NCBI GenBank assembly: GCA_048498835.1
Contig: JBEHXF010000001.1
Location: 1-64,000 of the forward strand
Origin: Chlamydiota bacterium
GTDB taxonomy: Bacteria > Chlamydiota > Chlamydiia > Chlamydiales > SM23-39
Length of the DNA: 64,000 bases
Reading direction: 5' to 3'
The position numbers and the translations under genes were made by a program. The notes beneath the pieces are model-generated. The model searched no databases. It was not told the DNA's origin and was given only the letters and a program-made list of their open reading frames with translations. Of this stretch, positions 49,063-63,758 are shown one piece after another (within the stretch, counting starts at the first letter, position 1; every line of letters starts with the position of its first letter).

Positions 49063-50619
49063 TTACTCTAAAATAGAGTTGCGATCTACCTTTTCAAGCC
49101 AAAGGAGAGCCAAATCGTCTTGCTGAGGAGCTTCTTGGCTAAATTTCCGAATTGCATCGAGGAGTTGATTCACCGACGCACTGGGAGAACCGGTTTTCAC
49201 CTTTAAAAATGACTCTTTTAACCGCTCCATTCCATACAGTCTCTGATCGGCGTCATGCGCTTCGGTCACTCCATCGGTATAGAGAAGAATCACATCCCCC
49301 GGTTCCAGAAGAACAGAGCCTGTTTTAATCGGCCGGAAAGTCTCCAACCCAAAAGCCGGATGGCCTGTGCTTAACTCAACCAGCTCGTGCCCTCTTTTTA
49401 AAAGAGCTGGCGGATGGCCAAAACTCGCGTAAGCTAACTGCCGTCCATCATAGATGCCGAGCCAAAGGGTCGCAAAATATCCGCTCTCCTTGACATCGAG
49501 CAAAAACAACTCGTTTGCCTGACGTGCCAACTGACTCAAATCATGAGTCGCTTCTGCCAAAGAGCGAAGCGAACTCCTCAATCCCAAAGAAAAAAGGCAG
49601 GCCGAAATCCCTTTTCCCGAAACATCTCCCATCGCAATCAAAACCTTTCCCGATGAGAGGGGATGCACATCATAAAAATCGCCGCTCACCTCTTTTGCGG
49701 GAAGATAGCCCGGCGCCATCTTCAAACCGTGAGTAGAAGCGAGCTGCGTCGGCAAAAGACTCGCCTGAATTTCCTGTCCGATCTTTAACTCATAAGCTAA
49801 CTTTTCTCGCTCGATTTTCTCATGCTGCGCTTCTTTTTGATGGGCGAGAACTTGATCGAGTGTCGTATTGAACTCCTTCCCAATCCCATTGATCTCAAAA
49901 CCCCAAGCCATCGGCGTATAACGACTATGCACCGCCCCAGCTCCCACTCGCTCCATCGTCAAACGCAAGCTCACGAGCGGTCGGTTCAATTTCCGGATCA
50001 ACCAATAGAGAATTGCCCCTCCGAAAATAAACACAATCGCAAGAAACGAACCGATGCGAAATAGCAACCGCGACCATTGCAAATCACCAATCCGCTCGGC
50101 CGAAGTACCCGCCGTCAAAACAAGTCCCGGTACAATCGGAAACGATTCGGTCCACTGATCATTTCCCGCTAACCCATTGCCCAAACTTAAATCGATGGGG
50201 AAGGGGCTCTGCTGCAAAACAAGCAAATCTTTCAGCGGGTGAGCGATAACATGTCCTGTGCCAGGCCCCGTCTTTTTCCCCACTAAAAGAGCCTTTTGCT
50301 TCTCGCTGACCAGGACAAAATGGTCGCCCATTTCTTTTGAAAACAGGAGCTTTTGGATCTGAAAGGCTTTGATCAGAGCCGGCGTTTCGGCATCCAAAAT
50401 TTTCCAATCATAGACGATTCGCTGTCCGATTTGCTCCGCCAGCGTCGCCCCCATCCCACGCATCGCAGAGCGAATGTCACCCTCTTCGAGTTCAATCTCA
50501 CGGTCATAGAGTAAAAAAGTGTGGATCAAAAGAGGTAAAACAAGCACGCTCAGGCAAACGAGTAAGACCCGTCTGACCAGGCTTCCTGAGAGGGTGATCT
50601 TTTTTTCTAATTTAGGCAT
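49063..50619 (-). CDS. Membrane SpoIIE/PP2C phosphatase with HAMP domain (RsbU-like)
   Basis: Two TM segments, HAMP, EVSGDFYD, GDVSGKG, LYTDGVTE, QDDL. Confidence 0.9.
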   Translation of the reverse strand: MPKLEKKITLSGSLVRRVLLVCLSVLVLPLLIHTFLLYDREIELEEGDIRSAMRGMGATLAEQIGQRIVYDWKILDAETPALIKAFQIQKLLFSKEMGDHFVLVSEKQKALLVGKKTGPGTGHVIAHPLKDLLVLQQSPFPIDLSLGNGLAGNDQWTESFPIVPGLVLTAGTSAERIGDLQWSRLLFRIGSFLAIVFIFGGAILYWLIRKLNRPLVSLRLTMERVGAGAVHSRYTPMAWGFEINGIGKEFNTTLDQVLAHQKEAQHEKIEREKLAYELKIGQEIQASLLPTQLASTHGLKMAPGYLPAKEVSGDFYDVHPLSSGKVLIAMGDVSGKGISACLFSLGLRSSLRSLAEATHDLSQLARQANELFLLDVKESGYFATLWLGIYDGRQLAYASFGHPPALLKRGHELVELSTGHPAFGLETFRPIKTGSVLLEPGDVILLYTDGVTEAHDADQRLYGMERLKESFLKVKTGSPSASVNQLLDAIRKFSQEAPQQDDLALLWLEKVDRNSILE

Positions 50620-50628
50620 ACTAGTTGC

Positions 50629-51350
50629 ATGGTAGCAAAGATCGAGAGTTTACAACATCCTAAAGTCAAAGAATTAGTTCAACTGCGAACCGATAAAGAG
50701 ACGCGCCAGCAGACCCAATCGGTCCTCCTGATCGGAGAAAAAATGGTCCGTGAACTCGCTCAAAAAATCCCTCTTCGCTCTCTTTGGACCACCCAGCCTG
50801 CACCCGACATCAAAGCCCAAGAGCGCTATCTCGTATCCGATGCCATTCTCCAAAAAATAGCCGGACTACCGACTACAGACGGATTTGCCGCCGTCGCCCC
50901 TCTCCCCCCGGAGCGCGATATTACCCAGGCAAAACGACTTCTCATCCTCGACCGTCTCGCCGATCCCGGCAACTTAGGGACTCTTCTTCGGACCGCCCTC
51001 GCCCTCAATTGGGATGGCGTCGTTTTCACACCCGATACCGTCGACCCATTCAATGACAAAGCTCTCCGCGCATCGAAGGGAGCTCTCTTTTTTCTCCCCT
51101 ACAGACACCTCGATCCGAAAGAGCTCGCCTCACAAAAACGCCGCTTCTATGTCGCTGATCTCGATGGAACCGCTCTGCATCAAGCCACATGCCAAACACC
51201 ACTTGCTCTCATTTTGAGCAATGAAGGTTCAGGACCTGCTCCCTGGGCCGAAAAATGCGCGCAGAAAATTGCGATCCCCATGCACAATGGCGTTGAATCC
51301 CTAAACGTGGCCGCCTCAGGCGCCATCTTAATCTATGCAATGAGCCTTCC

Positions 51351-51354
<4 letters not shown>
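50629..51354 (+). CDS. TrmH/SpoU family RNA methyltransferase
   Basis: DPGNLGTLLRTA, SNEGSG, IPM...ESLNVA. Confidence 0.93.
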
Positions 51355-53700
<2,346 letters not shown>

Positions 53701-53713
53701 AATAATGCCTTAA

Positions 53714-53738
53714 TCGCTGTAACAAAAAATTACAGCGA
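53714..53738. promoter_or_regulatory. Perfect 9-bp inverted repeat (hairpin or operator) between eno and the antiporter gene
   Basis: TCGCTGTAA-CAAAAAA-TTACAGCGA, just before the AAGGAG RBS; no U tract. Confidence 0.5.
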
Positions 53739-53753
53739 AATAAGGAGCTCTCG

Positions 53754-54938
53754 ATGGATATCTGGCTTTTAGGTGCATTTTGGTTTTTATTGGCGCTTGT
53801 AGCCGATTTCCTCTCCATTCGACTCAAAATAGCCGTGGCCCTTTCAGAAATTCTCATCGGCCTTCTCGTCGCATTTCTCATTGGGCTTTGGCTTCCACAA
53901 TACGCTAACTTTGGCTCTAACATCCCTTGGATTGAATTTCTCGCAGGCGTCGGCGCCGTCCTCCTCACTTTCTTGGCGGGAGCCGAACTTGACCCAGAAG
54001 CGATCAGAGGTCGCGTAAAAGAAGTTCTTTTCATTGGACTTGTTGGATTTTTTGCTCCATTTCTCGGCTGTACAGCTATCGCCTATTATCTCCTCGGCTG
54101 GAGTCTGATGGCAAGCTGGCTTACAGGCGTGGCCCTTTCAACTACTTCTGTAGCCGTCGTCTACGCTGTAATGCTGGAACTTGGATTTAATAAAACACGC
54201 TTTGGCAAAGCCGTGCTTGCAGCCTGCTTTGTGAACGATCTGGCTACAGTCTTAGCTCTTGGCTTCATCTTTTCGCCCTTTACGTGGAAATCAATCGTTT
54301 TTATCGTTGCGGCAACCATTGTCCTAGTCATCTTGCCAAAACTCACCAAATTTACCTTTAAACGTTGGGGACACCGCCACTCAGAACAAGAAGCTAAATA
54401 CCTATTCTTTTTCCTCTTTGGACTCGGCTATCTCGCATTCTGGTCTGGCAGTGAACCTGTTCTCCCTGCCTATTTAATGGGTATGGTGGTCGCCTCGATC
54501 TTGGAAAAAGACCATGTTCTCGTGAAAAGACTCCGGGCTATTTCCTTCGGTCTTCTTACCCCGTTTTATTTCTTGCGAGCCGGCGCCTTTGTTTCAATTC
54601 CAGCGATTGCCAAAGCGCCTCTGCTTTTCGTCGCCCTCTTTTTAGCTAAAATGGTTACAAAAGCCCTCGGCGTCTATCCCGCGGCAAAACTCTCAAAATA
54701 TCCGCAAAAAGATGCCATTTACACAACTCTACTCATGTCGACAGGCCTCACCTTCGGGACCATCTCCTCTCTTTATGGCCTATCTCATCACATCATCAAT
54801 CAAAGCCAATACTCAATCATCGTTGCCACCGTCATAGCAAGCGCCATCATTCCCACCCTGATTGCGAATGCCTTTTTCTTACCCAAAAACCATCTCGAGC
54901 CTCACGGAAAAGAATTACCCGATCTCCCGTTGAAATAA
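53754..54938 (+). CDS. Cation:proton antiporter (CPA2-like)
   Basis: Multi-TM; TFLAGAELD, STTSVAVV, FVND, PFYF. Confidence 0.88.
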   Translation: MDIWLLGAFWFLLALVADFLSIRLKIAVALSEILIGLLVAFLIGLWLPQYANFGSNIPWIEFLAGVGAVLLTFLAGAELDPEAIRGRVKEVLFIGLVGFFAPFLGCTAIAYYLLGWSLMASWLTGVALSTTSVAVVYAVMLELGFNKTRFGKAVLAACFVNDLATVLALGFIFSPFTWKSIVFIVAATIVLVILPKLTKFTFKRWGHRHSEQEAKYLFFFLFGLGYLAFWSGSEPVLPAYLMGMVVASILEKDHVLVKRLRAISFGLLTPFYFLRAGAFVSIPAIAKAPLLFVALFLAKMVTKALGVYPAAKLSKYPQKDAIYTTLLMSTGLTFGTISSLYGLSHHIINQSQYSIIVATVIASAIIPTLIANAFFLPKNHLEPHGKELPDLPLK

Positions 54939-54994
54939 TCGGGAGTTGCAATAAAACTAAAGAGCCCCTTATGTGGAGAGAACAGGGGTGGATT

Positions 54995-55381
54995 ATGCGA
55001 CATGTTGTAGCTTTATTTGGCGAAGCGGAGAAAGGTCAATTTAAAATCGCGCATCATCTTAGAGATCTACCGCAGATGATCGATCTGCTCGGGAATCCAC
55101 CGCCAGAGAGCGAAGGACTCTATTTCGCGATTCAAGCTCTTCTCTTCCAACGAGAAATCATTTACTTCCGAGTTGAAGAAGAGGGGTACAGCCCCATTGA
55201 TTATTTCAATGGAATCCAATTTTTAGAAGATCGGGAAAAAGTGAATCAACTCCATGCGATCTGTCTACCCGGAGTGGGGGATGGAAAAATCTTAGATGCG
55301 ACAGAAAAACTCTGCCACATCCACAAAAGCCTTCTAATCACAACGCAGAAAGATCTCTACGATTACCTGACTAATTCTTAG
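54995..55381 (+). CDS. Conserved chlamydial hypothetical protein (CT602-like by recollection)
   Basis: VALFGEAEKG, YFRVEEEG, LPGVG; adjacent to the peroxiredoxin gene. Confidence 0.72.
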   Translation: MRHVVALFGEAEKGQFKIAHHLRDLPQMIDLLGNPPPESEGLYFAIQALLFQREIIYFRVEEEGYSPIDYFNGIQFLEDREKVNQLHAICLPGVGDGKILDATEKLCHIHKSLLITTQKDLYDYLTNS

Positions 55382-55387
55382 AGATAG

Positions 55388-55417
55388 AAAATATCAGCGT
55401 CTCTGCGCTGATATTTT
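55388..55417. terminator. Bidirectional terminator between convergent genes
   Basis: AAAATATCAGCG-TCTCTG-CGCTGATATTTT. Confidence 0.75.
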
Positions 55418-55441
55418 TCTCGTTTATCCTCTGTATCGAAC

Positions 55442-56020
55442 CTAACGGAAAAACTCGGCCAATCCCTCTTCGGTCGGCTTCATAGCGCGGGCACCTACCG
55501 TCCAATTTGCAGGGCACACTTCGCCATGGGCTTCATGGAAAACCAGCGCATCGATCAAGCGGAGCACTTCATCGACAGAGCGGCCGAGCGGTAAATCATT
55601 GACCAGCTGATGTCTTACAATTCCTTCACGATCGATCAAAAATAAACCCCGATAGGCAATTCCATCATCTTCTTTCAACACTTCATAATCGCGTGCAATC
55701 GTCTTATGAATGTCGGATACAATCGGATAAGTCACACCCTGAATGCCACCTGCGACTTTCGGCGTTTTCAACCAAGCGGCGTGAGAAAACCAGCTATCGA
55801 TCGAGCAGCCAATGACCTGTGCATTTCTCTTCTCAAATTCTTTGAGTTTCTCTTGAAACGCATGCAATTCAGTCGGGCAGACAAACGTGAAATCCAACGG
55901 ATAGAAGAAAAAGACAACGTATTTACCCAAATAATCTGAAAGAGAAAAGTCGTCGTAGATTTTATCTTTGATGACTGCTTTCGCTTTAAAATCAGGAGCT
56001 TTTTGTCCAACTAATGTCAT
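55442..56020 (-). CDS. ahpC: 2-Cys peroxiredoxin
   Basis: FYPLDFTFVCPTE, GRSVDE, GEVCPANW. Confidence 0.95.
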   Translation of the reverse strand: MTLVGQKAPDFKAKAVIKDKIYDDFSLSDYLGKYVVFFFYPLDFTFVCPTELHAFQEKLKEFEKRNAQVIGCSIDSWFSHAAWLKTPKVAGGIQGVTYPIVSDIHKTIARDYEVLKEDDGIAYRGLFLIDREGIVRHQLVNDLPLGRSVDEVLRLIDALVFHEAHGEVCPANWTVGARAMKPTEEGLAEFFR

Positions 56021-56023
56021 AGG

Positions 56024-56659
56024 TTAATCCTTAAAAATTTGTTCCGCTCGATCTAGCCACGATTCTTCTTCCAGCGTTGTATCTCCGCCATGGCCAGGGA
56101 TTACTTCTGTCGCCTCAGGCAATAAAGCTAATTTCTTCAGAGATACCCACATTTTCTCCGGTTCAGATGTCGGCAGTTGTAGGCTTCCAATTGTCCCTTG
56201 AAATAACGTATCGCCAGAAAACAATACGTTTTCCGCAGCAATATAAAAACAAACGCTGCCAGGAGAATGCCCCGGCGTGTGAATTACGTCTATCTGTAAA
56301 TTTCCCACCTGAATTGATTGCCCCTCTTCCAAGAAACCATCTGGCTTTACACCTTGGATCGGAAACACCATGGGGATGCCATCACTTCCTGGATGCTCCA
56401 AATTACCCACATCTAGCGAATGCACAAAAACAGGAACCCCCGTCTTTTCTTGCAGCGAATAAATATCGGCGATATGGTCCCAATGGCTATGGGTGAGCAA
56501 AATCATCTCTAACTGAAGCCCTTTTTCCGCGACGACCGTTAAAATATCGTCGGTCGACCCGTATGCAGGATCGATCACAGCAGCTTTTTTCGTGCTAGAG
56601 CAGCCAAAAAGTATGGCGTTTGTTTCTAATGGTCCCGAAGGAAATTTCTGAATGATCAT
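56024..56659 (-). CDS. MBL-fold metallo-hydrolase (glyoxalase II-like)
   Basis: THSHWDH, TPGHSPG, SGDTLF, PGHG. Likely start 56659. Confidence 0.92.
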   Translation of the reverse strand: MIIQKFPSGPLETNAILFGCSSTKKAAVIDPAYGSTDDILTVVAEKGLQLEMILLTHSHWDHIADIYSLQEKTGVPVFVHSLDVGNLEHPGSDGIPMVFPIQGVKPDGFLEEGQSIQVGNLQIDVIHTPGHSPGSVCFYIAAENVLFSGDTLFQGTIGSLQLPTSEPEKMWVSLKKLALLPEATEVIPGHGGDTTLEEESWLDRAEQIFKD

Positions 56660-56672
56660 AAGATATAAGATT

Positions 56673-56746
56673 TGCACTGGAGAGGACTTGAACCTCTGAC
56701 CCCCTGGTTCGTAGCCAGGTACTCTATCCAACTGAGCTACCAGTGC
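56673..56746 (-). tRNA. tRNA-Arg(ACG)
   Basis: GCACTGG/CCAGTGC acceptor stem, TAGCTCAGTTGGATAGAG D arm, CCTGG-CTACGAA-CCAGG anticodon arm, GGTTCAAGTCC T arm; CCA not encoded. Confidence 0.96.
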
Positions 56747-56826
56747 ATATTAGGTCTCTATCATCTCCTAAAAGAACCCTTAAAATCAAGTCCCTCTTGG
56801 AAACTCAGCCTAAAATAAACATTTAC

Positions 56827-57738
56827 CTACTTTCGAATGAGATTTGAAACCCACTCAGCCAACAAACTTTTTTTAAACTTCAACCGATCCAATAAATCTT
56901 TTTGCGTCAGGCGAATGACATGAGGATCCTTTGTCTGCTCTTTCGGAATAAAACTGATCTCAAAGGAAGGATTCACAGTCTTATACTTATACCCATGGAC
57001 AAAATCAGTTCCTCTAAACGGAGCAGAAAATTCCTTCTCAACAAGTTCTACCCAATTTCGATCATTTTTATGGCTCCAAGATTGGACCTTTTTCATCATC
57101 TCATCTTTCGTCCGGACCCAACTAAAGTGATGAAACATCGGCTGACCATCGGACGCGCACACATTTCTCCTCTTCGGGCCAGGAAGCAAGTCGTAAATGG
57201 CATCCCGCTCTTCTTGTCTTAAAATGAGATCGGGACTCAAAGCCTTTACCTGCGCTAAAACAATGGTATCTTCCCACTTTTCCGCCTGATAAATCGGCTC
57301 TCGGAAATACCAATAATTGGCCAATTTTAACACCGTGTGAAGCTGATAATCGCTCGCTTCCAACCACTCGCTAAAACGGGCTCCATCGGCCACCTCATCG
57401 GCATCTAAAAATAATACCGACTCAATGCCCTCGCCAACATAATGGGAACCAATCAACCGTGAGCAGCTATGCCAGAAATGAGCCGGCGAAACTTCTTTAA
57501 AAATTCTCCGTGGAATTTCAGCTGGAATAAAAGGATATTCTACGAATAAGCATTGTGGATAAGCCCGATAAACCTGTTCCAACAACTCCCGATTTTCAGG
57601 CGTCCCATCAAAAAAATGGTCGCACACCGGCACAATTACCTGCTTAGAAAACGATAAGGCCTGCTGAAGACAGGAGCCTATGAACCGAATCTCATTTGAA
57701 CAAAAGTTTACTATGGTCGCTATCGGTTGTTTTTGCAT
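56827..57738 (-). CDS. Glycosyltransferase-like protein (GT-A fold)
   Basis: LFLDADE (DxD) motif, HHFSWVR; GAGG RBS. Confidence 0.7.
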   Translation of the reverse strand: MQKQPIATIVNFCSNEIRFIGSCLQQALSFSKQVIVPVCDHFFDGTPENRELLEQVYRAYPQCLFVEYPFIPAEIPRRIFKEVSPAHFWHSCSRLIGSHYVGEGIESVLFLDADEVADGARFSEWLEASDYQLHTVLKLANYWYFREPIYQAEKWEDTIVLAQVKALSPDLILRQEERDAIYDLLPGPKRRNVCASDGQPMFHHFSWVRTKDEMMKKVQSWSHKNDRNWVELVEKEFSAPFRGTDFVHGYKYKTVNPSFEISFIPKEQTKDPHVIRLTQKDLLDRLKFKKSLLAEWVSNLIRK

Positions 57739-57777
57739 AACCTCAGTCGATTTTTTATACCTAATCTTTTGTTATAT

Positions 57778-57902
57778 CATAACCTCATGAAAATTGTCAT
57801 TTTAGACTCCAGACAAAATAAAATATTTCCCATTCTCTAAGAAAAACCGCAAAACTGCTATGCTCTCAGAGAAAGAGGGCGCAATGAAAATTGTCATTTT
57901 AG
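57778..57902. repeat. Duplicated gene-start sequences in a divergent intergenic region
   Basis: ATGAAAATTGTCATTTTAG at 57787 and 57884; CATAACCTCA at 57736 and 57778. Confidence 0.85.
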
Positions 57903-59239
57903 GAGCAGGCGAAACAGGATCTTATGCCGCCTCCGTCCTTTCTCAAGACGAACACGACGTTACCCTTCTCGACCGCGATCCCAAAGTACTCGAACAAGCA
58001 AGCCGTGAAATCGACGTAGAAACCATCCTCTCGGGTCCCAGCTGGCGCCTACTTACAACCCTCATGGAACGAAAACCCGACCTCTTCTTTGCAGCCACCG
58101 GCTGTGATGAAACGAATTTAGCCGCCTGCGCTCTGGCTAAAAATCTCGGATTTCCCAAAACGGTGGCCCGCATCAAATCCCGAGAATATCTCCAGTGCCC
58201 AAAACTCGATTTAGCCCGTCTTTTCTATGTCGATCATTTCATCGGCGCAGAAATGCTCTCCGCCCAAAATTTATTCAATATCCTTATCCACTCGAGTGAC
58301 ATCGCATTTGAACACTTTGCGCAAGGGGCCATCCTCATGCGCACCATTCAAATTCCCGATCTGTGGGACAAAGGCGGCCAGCCCATCCGCTCGCTCAACT
58401 TACCGGAAGGGCTTATCGCCTGTCTGATACGCAGAAAACTCGCAGATGGGGAACAAATCCTCATCCCACACGGCAACGATCATATTCTCCCCGGTGATGA
58501 AGCGACTCTTGTGGGCGAGGCAAAAATCATGGATTCTCTCCATGACCTCTTTAGCATTCCGGAACGAAAGCTTCGCTCGGTCGTCCTCGTTGGAGGCTCT
58601 TCTCCAGCTCTTCACCTCTCCCACTTCCTCATCCAACAAAAAGTCTCCATTCGCATCATTGAAAAAGATGCCGCCCGCTGTCATGAACTCGCCGACCTTC
58701 TTCCACAAGCGACCATCATCCATCGCGATGGACGGGATCCGCAAATTTTCATCGAAGAAGAAATCGAAAATGCCGATGCCATCGTAGCTTGCACCAATGA
58801 TGACGGGACCAACCTCCTCATCGCTTCTATGGGAAAGCATCAAGGATGCCCGAAAGCGATCGCCGTCGCTAATAACCCCGCTTTCACTCCTCTCATTGAA
58901 AAATCGGGTATTTTCCCTGCGATGTCAGCCCGCGTAAATGTCGCCAATCGACTCCTCTCCATCCTGCATGAAAAAACTGTCCTTTCCATTTCCTCTCTTT
59001 CCAATGACGCAGCGAAAATCGTTGAACTCAAAGTAAGCCCTGCTTCTAAACTGATCGGAATTCCACTTTCTAATCTCAGTGAACAATTTCCAAAAGATCT
59101 CCTCATCGCAGTGATCGCAAATCATGGACAAGTCATGGTTGGCCGCGGCCACAGCATTCTCTGTCCCGATGACACCGTGGTCGCGATTTGCAGCCCACAT
59201 GGGATCGAACCGCTACAAAGTCTCTTTTCTTCAAAATAA
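57884..59239 (+). CDS. trkA: Trk potassium uptake protein TrkA
   Basis: MKIVILGAGETG; two RCK_N/RCK_C pairs. Confidence 0.93.
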   Translation: MKIVILGAGETGSYAASVLSQDEHDVTLLDRDPKVLEQASREIDVETILSGPSWRLLTTLMERKPDLFFAATGCDETNLAACALAKNLGFPKTVARIKSREYLQCPKLDLARLFYVDHFIGAEMLSAQNLFNILIHSSDIAFEHFAQGAILMRTIQIPDLWDKGGQPIRSLNLPEGLIACLIRRKLADGEQILIPHGNDHILPGDEATLVGEAKIMDSLHDLFSIPERKLRSVVLVGGSSPALHLSHFLIQQKVSIRIIEKDAARCHELADLLPQATIIHRDGRDPQIFIEEEIENADAIVACTNDDGTNLLIASMGKHQGCPKAIAVANNPAFTPLIEKSGIFPAMSARVNVANRLLSILHEKTVLSISSLSNDAAKIVELKVSPASKLIGIPLSNLSEQFPKDLLIAVIANHGQVMVGRGHSILCPDDTVVAICSPHGIEPLQSLFSSK

Positions 59240-59262
59240 ACGAATGGGTATGATCCCTATTC

Positions 59263-60906
59263 ATGCGCCCAACCGTTGAAATCTCTCGCATTCTATCCAA
59301 GTATCTCTTCTACTTGGCTATTCTGCTTGCGATTCCATTTCTCCTTGCAGCCTATTATCAATTTGGCGCGCCACAAACTCACCCTCAACCTCACTCCACT
59401 CTCTCGTTTGCTTTTACTCTTCTCATTTGCCTCGCCGTAGCAACTATTCTCCGTCTTATTGGCCGCAAAGCGAGCGGTCAGCTCCACAGACGAGAAGGGA
59501 TTATGCTCGTCGTATCGATCTGGCTCGTCACCTCTCTCATCAGCGCACTTCCCTTTTCTTTTAGCCGCACCTTGACCAACCCTCTTCACGCCTATTTCGA
59601 AGCCATGTCGGGATTGACAACCACCGGCGCTACCATGATCTGCGCGAAGGCCTATGCGCCAAACGGCGACGAGATTCCGCTTCACATCACAAACTTTCAC
59701 GTGCCTGAAAAAACATATACCTTTTACGGCACAGTTCCACCAATCCGAGATCCAAACACCGGCCTCATCATCGCATCAGGCATTGAAGCAGTCAGCAAGC
59801 CGATTCTTCTTTGGCGCAGCTTACTCCAATGGGTAGGAGGCCTCGGAATTGTCGTCATCTTCCTCACCGTTTTACCTGCTCTCCAAGTGGGGGGCAAATT
59901 TCTCTATCAAGTTGAGACCAGCGGCCCCATTAAAGAGGGGATTAGCCCCCGGATCAAAGAAACGGCAGCAAAACTCTGGAAGCTCTATCTTTTTCTCACC
60001 ATTTTAGAAATTGCTCTCCTTATCTGGACCAATTTTGAAATGCCCATCTTCGACGCCGTCTGCATCTCTCTCAGCAATATTTCCACCGGCGGCTTTTCGG
60101 TCCGCAATGAGAGCATTGCAAGTTACCACTCGACTACCACACAATGGATTGTCTTTTTCTTCATGATCGCCGGCAGCATCAACTTCTCCCTCTATTTCCA
60201 AGCTTTCCGAAGAAAATTTCAAAAAATCTATGTGCCCGACTTTATCCTTTTTATCAGCGTGGCCATCATCGGCTGTCTGCTCGTATCCCTTTTCCTCGTC
60301 GGACAAAAGAAAGTCGACCTGGATGGGATCGGCGGATTCTATTCCATCGGCGAAGCTCTCAAAGAGGGGAGCTTTCAAGCCCTCTCTATGCAAACCTCTA
60401 CAGGCTTTGTGACCGCAAACTACGACCAATGGCCCTTTGCTGCCCAAATGTTTATGCTTCTTCTCATGTTTGTCGGCGGCATGTCTGGTTCTACCGCAGG
60501 TGGTATCAAAACCTCGCGCTTTTACATCCTCTATAAAATCATCCTGAGCCGCCTTGAATCCATTTACCGTCCAGATAGCGTCCGCACCCTACGCATTGGG
60601 ACATCTGAAGTAGACGATAAAAACGCACTTACCGTTCTCTCTTTTTTCTGCATCGTCGCTTTCTTTATCGTTCTCGGGACTGTCTCCCTTGTCCTCGACG
60701 GTGTCGATCCAGAAACCTCTCTCGGTCTCATCGCTTGCTTCCTTAATAACGTCGGAGCCGCTTTCCGAGCAGCTGGGCCTACCGATTCCTTTGCTTTTCT
60801 CTCTCCAACTTCTGAAACTCTCTCCATCGTCTGGATGCTCCTCGGCCGTCTCGAGTACTACGTCGTCCTTCTCCTCCTCCTCCCTTCCTTCTGGCGAAAT
60901 CGATAA
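59263..60906 (+). CDS. trkH: Trk potassium uptake protein TrkH
   Basis: SGLTTTGAT, QWVGGLG, STGGFS, GSTAGGIK, NNVG, MLLGRLE. Confidence 0.94.
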   Translation: MRPTVEISRILSKYLFYLAILLAIPFLLAAYYQFGAPQTHPQPHSTLSFAFTLLICLAVATILRLIGRKASGQLHRREGIMLVVSIWLVTSLISALPFSFSRTLTNPLHAYFEAMSGLTTTGATMICAKAYAPNGDEIPLHITNFHVPEKTYTFYGTVPPIRDPNTGLIIASGIEAVSKPILLWRSLLQWVGGLGIVVIFLTVLPALQVGGKFLYQVETSGPIKEGISPRIKETAAKLWKLYLFLTILEIALLIWTNFEMPIFDAVCISLSNISTGGFSVRNESIASYHSTTTQWIVFFFMIAGSINFSLYFQAFRRKFQKIYVPDFILFISVAIIGCLLVSLFLVGQKKVDLDGIGGFYSIGEALKEGSFQALSMQTSTGFVTANYDQWPFAAQMFMLLLMFVGGMSGSTAGGIKTSRFYILYKIILSRLESIYRPDSVRTLRIGTSEVDDKNALTVLSFFCIVAFFIVLGTVSLVLDGVDPETSLGLIACFLNNVGAAFRAAGPTDSFAFLSPTSETLSIVWMLLGRLEYYVVLLLLLPSFWRNR

Positions 60907-60911
60907 GAACT

Positions 60912-61691
60912 ATGATTTCCTACATTTTCAGACTCATTGACCCCAGTACCGTTGAAGAAGCTCAAGAAGAGCTAGAGAAATTGGGCCTTGAACATGTCTA
61001 CTGCATTGAAGATGACTCGCTGGGCGAAATATTCATCGGCGGGATGAGTGAATCAAACCTACCCATTGCAAAGCTAAAGCACTCTATTCTGTCAGAAGAA
61101 AAAATAGTACAACAGGTCGATTGGAATGATCAATGGGCTCAATTTGCCGAAGATTTCCGAGAAGGCAAAGCCCATATCGATCTGACCCGATTCGGGGGTG
61201 AAGGAGATCTATTACTTACTCCCGGCGCTGGTTTTGGAGATCTATCTCATCCCACCACCTACTTGATGCTCGATTTAATGCAAGGAAAGGTAGAAGGGGA
61301 ATCGGTCCTTGATATCGGTTGCGGCAGCGGCATTCTCACGCTCGCCGCACTCAAACTCGGCGCCAGAGAAGCACTCGGTATAGATATCGACGAAGAAGCG
61401 ATTCAACACGCGCAAGAAAACGGCGCTTTAAATAACTTACCGGCAAAATTTTCTAAAACCTTTGAGCTCTTAGGAAAACATCTGATCCTCTTGAACATGA
61501 TCCTCCCTGAACAAAAAGAGGTCATGAAGGATAGAAAGCGTCTCAATCTCCTTGCAAAACTGTGGATCGTATCGGGAATTTTGGAAGAGCAAGAAGTAGA
61601 GTATATGAAAACCACCCAAAACTGGGGCTGGCATCTTTTCGAAAGGAAAGAGAGAAACGGTTGGTTGGGCTTTGTATTTAAGGGGGCGTAA
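60912..61691 (+). CDS. prmA: Ribosomal protein L11 methyltransferase
   Basis: PGAGFGDLSHPTT, VLDIGCGSGIL, GIDID, SGIL. Confidence 0.85.
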   Translation: MISYIFRLIDPSTVEEAQEELEKLGLEHVYCIEDDSLGEIFIGGMSESNLPIAKLKHSILSEEKIVQQVDWNDQWAQFAEDFREGKAHIDLTRFGGEGDLLLTPGAGFGDLSHPTTYLMLDLMQGKVEGESVLDIGCGSGILTLAALKLGAREALGIDIDEEAIQHAQENGALNNLPAKFSKTFELLGKHLILLNMILPEQKEVMKDRKRLNLLAKLWIVSGILEEQEVEYMKTTQNWGWHLFERKERNGWLGFVFKGA

Positions 61692-61699
61692 AGCCCCCT
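61681..61699. terminator. GC-rich hairpin between convergent prmA and groEL
   Basis: AGGGGGC-GTAAA-GCCCCCT. Confidence 0.6.
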
Positions 61700-61713
61700 C
61701 TTGTAAAGCGGAT

Positions 61714-63679
<1,966 letters not shown>

Positions 63680-63712
63680 ACACAAGACTCCTTACTAAAT
63701 TTTTTGGAGCCA

Positions 63713-63741
63713 ATCGTAGGGTATAACTCGATTTTAGTCAA
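63713..63741 (-). promoter_or_regulatory. sigma70/sigma66 promoter of groESL
   Basis: TTGACT-N17-TACGAT on the minus strand. Confidence 0.75.
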
Positions 63742-63758
63742 GGAACTGAGACATGGTT

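Noticed and set aside
56660..56731. N-terminal extension of the MBL hydrolase
   Set aside because: It is a translation of the tRNA-Arg gene; the likely start is 56659.
56673..57738. Integrative element at tRNA-Arg
   Set aside because: No integrase and no duplicated tRNA 3' end seen in the window.
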